A stretch of 20,000 nucleotides of DNA, taken from an uncultured virus (IMG/VR IMGVR_UViG_3300025084_000015) (lineage: Duplodnaviria > Heunggongvirae > Uroviricota > Caudoviricetes). The stretch's first letter is position 1, and each line of letters opens with the position of its first letter. Under the pieces are notes generated by a model. That model saw only the letters and a list, made by a program, of their open reading frames with translations. It was not told the origin of the DNA and searched no databases. The stretch lies in IMG/VR virus record IMGVR_UViG_3300025084_000015. One strand, 5' to 3'. Made by a program: the position numbers and the translations under genes. Shown here piece by piece: positions 1 to 6,643 of this stretch.

Positions 1-162
1 TTCTGCAATTTTAAGAAAGCACGTTCCAATGTATTCGGTGATCCGTGGTTCTTCAACGTCTTTTTCTCGGGCTTCTAAAACAGATTCAGTGTATTCTACA
101 ACGGCGGTTGAAAACTCCCTGTTATTTACGTAGTGAGGTTTATCTTTAGCTTTCTTTTTCAT
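1..162 (-). CDS. gp55: Late transcription sigma factor gp55, N-terminal part (truncated by window edge)
   Basis: Not in the ORF track. Manual translation from ATG at 162 gives MKKKAKDKPHYVNNREFSTAVVEYTESVLEAREKDVEEPRITEYIGTCFLKIAE. The HYVNN.EF and YIG.CFLKIAE motifs are typical of T4-like gp55, and the position downstream of uvsW fits. Confidence 0.93.
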   Translation of the reverse strand, partial: MKKKAKDKPHYVNNREFSTAVVEYTESVLEAREKDVEEPRITEYIGTCFLKIAE

Positions 163-173
163 AGCATAGTTAT

Positions 174-202
174 ATTATACAATATAAACTCTTAAATGTA
201 CA
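174..202 (-). promoter_or_regulatory. Sigma70-like (early-type) promoter for gp55: TGTACA-N17-TATAAT
   Basis: Minus strand reads TGTACA (202-197), 17-nt spacer, TATAAT (179-174), just upstream of the gp55 start. Confidence 0.65.
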
Positions 203-232
203 TATTTAATTGCAACCTTGTGCATTTTTTTA

Positions 233-261
233 TGTACAGAATTATAAATTTGGTGTATAAT
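233..261 (+). promoter_or_regulatory. Sigma70-like promoter TGTACA-N17-TATAAT, divergent from the gp55 promoter and antisense to the 290..772 ORF and uvsW
   Basis: Plus strand reads TGTACA (233-238), 17-nt spacer, TATAAT (256-261), a mirror image of the 174-202 element. Confidence 0.55.
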
Positions 262-289
262 ATTCTTAGAAAGGCAAAAAACATCTATG

Positions 290-772
290 TTAATTTTTGC
301 CGTATGGATTATCCCATTTACTTCTCCATTTAAAAGATGATTGTGGATTATAGCAATCATCAATTTCCATACCATCGATACCTCCATCAATATCTGTATT
401 CATAAAATTATCAACTGGATCATTAAACAATTGTTTTAAAACAGTATCAATCTCATTGTTAGTAAGATGGCCTTCTAAATTAGATTTTATTAAATACCTG
501 TGATATTGTATTTGTACACTTTCCAAAGGAACTCCAGAAGATATAATTTGACTTTCCTTTATTTGTATAACATCGATGTCTTTTACTAGCATCCAAGGAC
601 TAAAAAATGATTCGTCCTTTCCTAAGATTTGGATTTCTACAGCTCCAGTGAGGTGGAAGCTTCGTGTATTTCTGTCAAATTTTTCTTCGTTTGCTATTAT
701 GTGACTACCGTCGATTAGCCTATAAGTTACTATCTCAAACTGATTCAAGTAGTCTTTAAGATCTTTATTCAT
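290..772 (-). CDS. Conserved hypothetical T4-like phage protein between uvsW and gp55 (possible small beta-barrel N-terminal domain)
   Basis: 160-aa ORF overlapping the uvsW stop (ATGA). N-terminal pattern 'YRLIDGSHIIA...FSPWM' and the uvsW-X-gp55 arrangement are common in marine T4-like phages. The fold is a guess. Confidence 0.8.
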   Translation of the reverse strand: MNKDLKDYLNQFEIVTYRLIDGSHIIANEEKFDRNTRSFHLTGAVEIQILGKDESFFSPWMLVKDIDVIQIKESQIISSGVPLESVQIQYHRYLIKSNLEGHLTNNEIDTVLKQLFNDPVDNFMNTDIDGGIDGMEIDDCYNPQSSFKWRSKWDNPYGKN

Positions 773-2265
773 ATTGGCACTTCGTGAATTCTGTAATTAA
801 AGTTTTCTTTTGTGTATATTTTTACACGTTCTATCGCGTGATTAAGTGTGTAATTCTTTTTTCTTTTCCATGATAAATCATCTGCCAAATCATAAATTGT
901 AGTACCTCGCCCATCGTTAGTTTTTCTTAACCCTCTCCCAATCGATTGCAATACACGAATTTGTGACTTCGTTGGAGAAGCAAACACGATGTTGTGGAGG
1001 TTAACTATATTTATACCTGTCGAAAAGGTGCCTACACTCGCTACGATAATTGCGTTTTTTTCTTTTTCTGTAATCTCACGAATTTTTTCTCTTTCTTCTG
1101 CGTTCACTGCGCCTGACACAAAAAATACTTTTCGGTTAGTACCTTTAAGATTTTCAATAAACGCATCATATAAAGGCTTCCCGTGTTTTTGAACTAAATT
1201 ATACAGAACTAGTGAGTTTCCCTTTTGATCACATGTAAGATTAACAATAAATCTATTTCTTTTTTTATGTGAAACAATGTGGTCAATTTCGTCTTGGTAT
1301 TTAAGATTTTTACAAAGCTTTCTTTCTTCTTCAGAATACTTTAACACTAAACATTCAATCGATAGTTGCGCTAAAGTTTCTGATTCGATTAATTCTTTAG
1401 TAGATGTTACTCTATACACTGGTCCAAAATTACCTTCAAGAGTCATCTGATTTGCAAGAGCGCTATCAATCGTTCCTGTTGTGCCAATTCTAAAGCCTGC
1501 ATTCACGAGCCGATTCATGATTGTGGTCAGAGATTTAGCTTTAAATGTATGTGCTTCATCACCTATAACCATTCCGTATGGTTGAAACCATGATTGTGGC
1601 AGTTTAATTGCGCTCTGCCATGTTGTAACAACAACTGACGCGTCAAAACCGACTTTATCTTTACCTGAATAGATTTTATGCACATCTTCCTGCACATCAA
1701 ATGAATCATCTTTGTGCGAGTATGATTCGAAATCTTTATACATTTGTTCAACCAGTGATGTAGTAGGAACAACGACCAATACCTTTTTGTCCATTTCATG
1801 ACTTAGATAATGTCTCATCATCATGTATATGATTAATGATTTTCCTGATCCAGTCGGCGATATAAGTATTGCTCGTCTATTTTGTATACCATGTGTAAAT
1901 GCGTCGAACTGATAATTTCTCGGCTCAATTAATTTATCTCCAAGACTTATTGTAGAATCATTAATAAATTTTTCTAAATCGTTTTTTTCGAAAAACTTAT
2001 TAGTTTTCATCGACTCATCATATACAAGTTTATATCCTCGTTCTTGGCAAAACTCAGCTACACGTTTCATCAAACCAAATGGTATAGTCTGTGATCTAGA
2101 ATCAAATAGACGTATCTTACCATCCCATAGTTTATTTCTATAAGCAGGCATAAACTTATAGCCTTCTGCGTAAAAAGTAAAGTATTCAGACAATTCCATA
2201 AGAAGACCAGAATCATCTGATCTAAGAAAAGCTTTTGCTTCGTCTTTTTTATACGCAGTTATCAT
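769..2265 (-). CDS. uvsW: UvsW SF2 DNA/RNA-DNA helicase
   Basis: Walker A SPTGSGKS, DEAH box, TTGT motif III, STGINI, LQSIGRGLR motif VI; N-terminal 'FMPAYRNKLWDGKIRLF'. Confidence 0.97.
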   Translation of the reverse strand: MITAYKKDEAKAFLRSDDSGLLMELSEYFTFYAEGYKFMPAYRNKLWDGKIRLFDSRSQTIPFGLMKRVAEFCQERGYKLVYDESMKTNKFFEKNDLEKFINDSTISLGDKLIEPRNYQFDAFTHGIQNRRAILISPTGSGKSLIIYMMMRHYLSHEMDKKVLVVVPTTSLVEQMYKDFESYSHKDDSFDVQEDVHKIYSGKDKVGFDASVVVTTWQSAIKLPQSWFQPYGMVIGDEAHTFKAKSLTTIMNRLVNAGFRIGTTGTIDSALANQMTLEGNFGPVYRVTSTKELIESETLAQLSIECLVLKYSEEERKLCKNLKYQDEIDHIVSHKKRNRFIVNLTCDQKGNSLVLYNLVQKHGKPLYDAFIENLKGTNRKVFFVSGAVNAEEREKIREITEKEKNAIIVASVGTFSTGINIVNLHNIVFASPTKSQIRVLQSIGRGLRKTNDGRGTTIYDLADDLSWKRKKNYTLNHAIERVKIYTKENFNYRIHEVPI

Positions 2266-2711
2266 TACATTCCAGACGTAAACTTCTTAAATTCTAAGAT
2301 GTTTTTTACGTGAGTATGTCTCCATCGGATATTTCCCATGATTTCTTCGAGAGTAGTAATGATCGTTTTTTGATAATCAATCTGTGCTTTTATTTTTACA
2401 AGATCGTTATCAGTTGAGTAATACATATCCATATCAGATTTCATAGGTTTAGTCATACCATCAAATGGGTCATATCTCCATTTGCGACTATCCATATCAT
2501 CTTTAGTCATTTTACCATTATAGTAGAGCCATTTGTCTTTCCTCATTGACTCATACTCCATTTCCTTTTTCTTTAGCATTAATTTTGCCATAGAAAAGAG
2601 CTCCAAATATTTAGCGTGAAGCTTTGAAGATTTTAGTGTTTCTTCATCTAAACATACGTCATCAATAATAACGTCTTTTTTCCACATAGTTAAAATATCA
2701 TTCAAATCCAT
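2265..2711 (-). CDS. uvsY: UvsY recombination mediator
   Basis: 'LHAKYL...KWLYYNGK...RWRH..VKN.LEFKKFTSG' UvsY pattern. ATG at 2711 is preferred over the TTG at 2720, which lies only 3 nt from the late promoter. TAATG overlap with uvsW. Confidence 0.93.
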   Translation of the reverse strand: MDLNDILTMWKKDVIIDDVCLDEETLKSSKLHAKYLELFSMAKLMLKKKEMEYESMRKDKWLYYNGKMTKDDMDSRKWRYDPFDGMTKPMKSDMDMYYSTDNDLVKIKAQIDYQKTIITTLEEIMGNIRWRHTHVKNILEFKKFTSGM

Positions 2712-2723
2712 AATGTACAAATT

Positions 2724-2731
2724 TATTTATA
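2724..2731 (-). promoter_or_regulatory. T4 late promoter TATAAATA (uvsY)
   Basis: tatttata on plus strand, intergenic, 12 nt upstream of the ATG at 2711. Confidence 0.8.
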
Positions 2732-2732
2732 A

Positions 2733-3200
2733 CTATCTTATTATTAAAAATTCGTCGTATCGAAATGTAACTTCTCCTTGAACATAGGTAACGTCATTAG
2801 CTTGTGTGTTAAACTCAACTCCGCTTAACGATGTTGGGAACGCATTTTTAAATTGAAATTGTTTATTAAGTGTGCTATGACTTGACATCACGGAAAGAAT
2901 CATATCGGCCGCTTCATACTTTTCAGTGTTTTCTTTAATCCAATTATAAATTTCGGTGTAGTTTTTCATATCTTCGTCAATAGCAAATCTAAGATTCAAT
3001 GAACCAAATTGGCGACTTTCACTTGATTGAAATGCTATTCCTCCACGAAACGCCATTGCAATTTCACCGGCCGTAATTTCAGGAATTGAAAAACTCGTAA
3101 TAAAATATTCGGTGTTTGCGTATTTTTGTCTGTTAATCGTAAGCTTAAATCCTATAGGAGATAAAAGATTAGTGTTTGTAGTTAGATTATTTTCAGCCAT
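2733..3200 (-). CDS. gp3: Tail tube terminator / tail completion protein gp3
   Basis: 'NLLSPIGFKL...LRFAIDEDMKNY.EIYNW...F.NAFPTSLSG.EF' gp3 pattern; follows gp23 as in marine T4-likes. Confidence 0.9.
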   Translation of the reverse strand: MAENNLTTNTNLLSPIGFKLTINRQKYANTEYFITSFSIPEITAGEIAMAFRGGIAFQSSESRQFGSLNLRFAIDEDMKNYTEIYNWIKENTEKYEAADMILSVMSSHSTLNKQFQFKNAFPTSLSGVEFNTQANDVTYVQGEVTFRYDEFLIIR

Positions 3201-3205
3201 AATTC

Positions 3206-3213
3206 TATTTATA
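3206..3213 (-). promoter_or_regulatory. T4 late promoter TATAAATA (gp3)
   Basis: TATAAATA-GAATT-ATG; overlaps the U-tract of the gp23 terminator. Confidence 0.85.
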
Positions 3214-3243
3214 AAAAAGAGGGCCCCCTTTCGAGGACCCTCT
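3213..3243 (-). terminator. Rho-independent terminator after gp23
   Basis: Minus strand AGAGGGTCCTC-GAAA-GGGGGCCCTCT-TTTTT: 11-bp stem with G-U pairs, GNRA loop and U-tract. Confidence 0.9.
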
Positions 3244-3271
3244 TAAATTTAGGTTTTAAACCCTATTACAA

Positions 3272-4546
3272 TTATCCGCCAATGTTAATGTTCTTAACAC
3301 GGAAGGTGCGGTAGTATGGGTTGCTACCGGAAGCACCGATAGATCCATCAACTACGCCAGTAATTGGGTTAGCAGTAAGACCGTAACGTGTCTTGAATGC
3401 AATCTTAGGCTGGAAGGTCTGCTCTCCAACAGCGCGAACCATTGTAAGAGGCACATAAGGTGCGTAAAACAGGCCAGCGTCATATGGGGAAGCACCCTTA
3501 TAACCAACAGTAGCATAGTCAGTTGAAGCATATGGATCAACATATACCTTAAGGCGTCCATTGAGAGTACCAGCAAATGTATTACCAGTGGCATCAACAG
3601 CAATTTCACCTTCTCCACCGAACTTAAGGCTACCAGCTGCAGCAAGTGCAGAAGCAACGTTGCTTGAGCAGATAACGAAGTTACCCTTACCACGACGTGT
3701 GTCGATTGCAATATTGTTGGCTTCCTGCTCGAGTTGGAAGATCAAAGACTGGAATTTCTCAACAGCCCAACGGCCATCAGCATCAGTCTTAAGGTCAAAT
3801 CCCTCAGTAGATCCAATTCCACCACGCTTACCAGTAACAACCAAGCTACGAATCACCTCACGGTTGATTTCAGCAAGGATTTCACCAGAAAGGATGTTAG
3901 CAAGCTCAGACTCAGCATCAAGGCCGTGAACAGCTTTGAGGTCTTGAGCAAGCTCCATGGTGTACTCAGCTTTAAGCTGACGAGTCTTAGCAGTAACAGT
4001 GCACTTTTCGATAGTGAAACCCATTTCAGCAAGTGCATCTGAAGTTTCACCAGTAGCAGTAGCAACACCAGTTCCTGTCTGAGCAACTGTAGGCTCAGTC
4101 GGAGAATCAAAGAGTCCTTTGGTGTGAACATTTCCACCAGCACCAGAGAAGTCTGTGTCAGCCTCATTAAAGAGAGCTTCAGGATCAGCGGTGGTTACTT
4201 TAGTGGCAGGACTCGCGGTATTGAAACGAGACTTCATCGCGAAAATGAGGCCAGTAGGACCAGACATAGGCTGGACACCTGCGACATCATAAGCGATGAG
4301 GTTTGGCATTGCCCGGCGGACAAGAGAAATAAGGACTGGATCTGAATATTCATTAGATGTCGTCTGGTTACTTGTCTCATTCAACGAATTGAACGAAGAT
4401 GCGTGAGCCTCCTCACGGAGAGCAACTTCGGTGTTTTCGAGCAATTTGGCTGTAACAGCCTTCTTATAGCTATCAGTGATAGCGGGAGCGTCAGCGTGCT
4501 CAAGCACGGGAGCCCATTTTTGTAGTTCTTTTTCTGCGTTTAGCAT
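3272..4546 (-). CDS. gp23: Major capsid protein gp23
   Basis: 'KWAPVL', 'DPVLISLVRRAMPNLIAYDVAGVQPMSGPTGLIFAM', 'LKAEYTMELAQDLKAVHGLDAESELANILS', 'GLFYAPYVPL', 'FQPKIAFKTRYG'. Confidence 0.99.
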   Translation of the reverse strand: MLNAEKELQKWAPVLEHADAPAITDSYKKAVTAKLLENTEVALREEAHASSFNSLNETSNQTTSNEYSDPVLISLVRRAMPNLIAYDVAGVQPMSGPTGLIFAMKSRFNTASPATKVTTADPEALFNEADTDFSGAGGNVHTKGLFDSPTEPTVAQTGTGVATATGETSDALAEMGFTIEKCTVTAKTRQLKAEYTMELAQDLKAVHGLDAESELANILSGEILAEINREVIRSLVVTGKRGGIGSTEGFDLKTDADGRWAVEKFQSLIFQLEQEANNIAIDTRRGKGNFVICSSNVASALAAAGSLKFGGEGEIAVDATGNTFAGTLNGRLKVYVDPYASTDYATVGYKGASPYDAGLFYAPYVPLTMVRAVGEQTFQPKIAFKTRYGLTANPITGVVDGSIGASGSNPYYRTFRVKNINIGG

Positions 4547-4579
4547 AATAGTTTTTCTTTCTTTTGTTGTTTGGTTGGG

Positions 4580-5977
4580 TTATTTGAAGCGAGAAAGAGT
4601 TGAAATATAGCGTTGCATGTCACCAGACAACTTGCTATTAGGATCAATTTCTCCCTCGACGATTGTTTTTACGTTAGTTGAATCGGATGATTCAGTAATG
4701 ACTTCTTCTTTTTCTTTCGAATCAGAATCTGAGAAGAATCCTTCTTTAATGACATCGACTTTTTCAGTAAATGTTTCAGCATCTACAAAATCGACATCTT
4801 CAAGAAGAGAGTTAAGTTTAGCAGCTTGAGTAGATGCTAAATCAGCAGTAGCTTCAGAAACAATTTTCTCACGATAGAGTTTTTCAACTTCTTCAGAAAG
4901 AGAAATATTCTTTTCTTCAACTGCTGTGAGGGTTTCTTCAATGCTTTTCACTTCATCAGAAAGTTGATCAACAAGATCAACCTTAGAATCAGGTACTTCA
5001 ATATAGTGTTCTGTGAACACACCTTGAAGAGCCTTCATGAAGTTTTCTGTGATGTCAGTGCGAAGCTTGTTATCAACAAACTCCTGGTTTTCTTCGATCC
5101 AAGTTTCTACCACATAAGAAAGATAATCATCAATCTTAGTGACGAGAGACTCACGAATGTAGCCTACTTCTTCTTGAAGATCATTATCATATTGAGCTTC
5201 AAGAGATTCTTTGATCTCGACAACACGGTTTGCAACAGCACCTTCAAACAGAGTACCAACCTTAGCCCTAAAGCCTTCGGTTAATTCCTGCTCAGAGTCG
5301 GCAAGAATCTTAAGATCTTCAGCATAGCTTTCAGTCTCAAGTTCCTCATGCATCCCAGCGCAAGAATCTTGAATAGCCTTATAAGAGGCAGTCAATTGAT
5401 CCTTTTTCATAGCCTTAAGTTGGCCATACATTGCGTTGATGATGTCTGCCTTCGTTTTTGGCACTTCTACTTCACCTTCATCTTCACTCACATTAATACC
5501 TTTATAAGCATTAACGAGTTGTGATTTCTTCATTCCCTTAAGAGCATCAAAACTTGCAGCAAGATAACCTGCTTTAGTCTTAACATCTGGAAGGCTAACT
5601 TCTTCTACTTCATCAGAGTCTTCAGCAGATTCTTCTACCTCTTCATCTTCTTCAGCAGATTCTTCTACTTCTTCCTCTTTTTCAGGATCTTCTTCTTCAG
5701 TCTTGGCTTTAGCTTCTTCCACTTCCTCGGAATCATCTTCTTCGGTCTTAGCTTTAGCTTCTTCCATTTCTTCTTCTTCATCTTTAGAATCGTCATCATC
5801 TGACTCTTCTTCGGATTCATTCTTCTTAGCTTCGCCAAGAAGCGCGTCTACGACGGCTTGAGATAAAGTTTGACTTGTGTCCTCAGCAACTTCTTCAGGA
5901 ATATCCTGCACAAGCTCCTGGTTCTCAACAAGATCAACTTCCTCGACGTCTTCGATAATTTGGTTTTCGTCTGACAT
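4580..5977 (-). CDS. gp22: Prohead core scaffold protein gp22
   Basis: Acidic coiled-coil with 'LTEGFRAKVGTLFEGAV', 'KIDDYLSYVVETW', 'FTEHYIEVP'; located between gp21 and gp23. Confidence 0.95.
   Translation of the reverse strand: MSDENQIIEDVEEVDLVENQELVQDIPEEVAEDTSQTLSQAVVDALLGEAKKNESEEESDDDDSKDEEEEMEEAKAKTEEDDSEEVEEAKAKTEEEDPEKEEEVEESAEEDEEVEESAEDSDEVEEVSLPDVKTKAGYLAASFDALKGMKKSQLVNAYKGINVSEDEGEVEVPKTKADIINAMYGQLKAMKKDQLTASYKAIQDSCAGMHEELETESYAEDLKILADSEQELTEGFRAKVGTLFEGAVANRVVEIKESLEAQYDNDLQEEVGYIRESLVTKIDDYLSYVVETWIEENQEFVDNKLRTDITENFMKALQGVFTEHYIEVPDSKVDLVDQLSDEVKSIEETLTAVEEKNISLSEEVEKLYREKIVSEATADLASTQAAKLNSLLEDVDFVDAETFTEKVDVIKEGFFSDSDSKEKEEVITESSDSTNVKTIVEGEIDPNSKLSGDMQRYISTLSRFK
5597..5766. 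repeat. Short in-frame tandem repeats in the acidic gp22 N-terminus (45-bp period EEAKAKTEE x2; 30-bp period EVEESAE x2)
   Basis: gctttagcttcttcca occurs at about 5706-5721 and 5751-5766; tcagcagattcttctac at about 5622-5638 and 5652-5668. Confidence 0.8.
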
Positions 5978-5994
5978 ATATTCTTATTTTGAAT

Positions 5995-6639
5995 TTAGAG
6001 TTTGGAGAGGAAATCATTGAAGATCCGTTCCTGAGCTTCGCTTACGCGCCCAAGTGGAACTTTATTAATTTCAGTCTCATATTCTTCAATTTGCTGAGGT
6101 TTGAGAAGACCATTCTCCCAAATCCATTCAACACCTTCCATAATACCTTCAACGAAGGCGGAAGGAGCAGAAGGATCTTGGACAATATCCACAGTAGAAA
6201 GAACGAAATCGTCCTTAACATATGTTTTGCCTTCCTTTTGCTCAACAGTACCCATACCACGGCTAGAGACACCTAACTTGCATCCACCTTCAACGAGACC
6301 TTTCACGATTTTGCCCATTGGTGTATCAAGTACAAGTGCCTTTCCAACAACATTATTACCTTCCCATTTGAGTTCGGTAATTCTGTGTGAAACTTTATCT
6401 AAGTTAATCGCTGGTCCTTCGGGGTGATTTAACTCACCACAAGCACGACCTGTTTTAACTTGTTCTTTAACGTATCTTTCACAAGCAGCCTTTAAAACTG
6501 CTTTAGGATAGATTCGTTTATTGCGGTTTTGTTGCTCCGCTTGCATAAAAATTCCTTCGATGAAAACGTTCTTTTCACCGTTATCTTTTGCTTCAGTAAT
6601 ATACTCAAGCTGATCTAAATGTTCCGTAATTAATTTCAT
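5995..6639 (-). CDS. gp21: Prohead protease gp21
   Basis: 'MKLITE', 'IEGIFMQAE..NRNKRIYP', 'GELNHP', 'LGVSSRGMG', 'DIVQDPSAPSAFV' (His/Ser/Asp catalytic motifs). Confidence 0.98.
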   Translation of the reverse strand: MKLITEHLDQLEYITEAKDNGEKNVFIEGIFMQAEQQNRNKRIYPKAVLKAACERYVKEQVKTGRACGELNHPEGPAINLDKVSHRITELKWEGNNVVGKALVLDTPMGKIVKGLVEGGCKLGVSSRGMGTVEQKEGKTYVKDDFVLSTVDIVQDPSAPSAFVEGIMEGVEWIWENGLLKPQQIEEYETEINKVPLGRVSEAQERIFNDFLSKL

Positions 6640-6643
6640 AGTT

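Noticed and set aside
175..390. 71-aa minus-strand ORF
   Set aside because: It overlaps the 160-aa gene out of frame and runs through the promoter dyad, with no recognisable motifs.
3352..4345. Several overlapping alternative-frame and antisense ORFs within gp23
   Set aside because: These are shadow ORFs expected from the strong codon bias of a highly expressed gene, with no independent signals.
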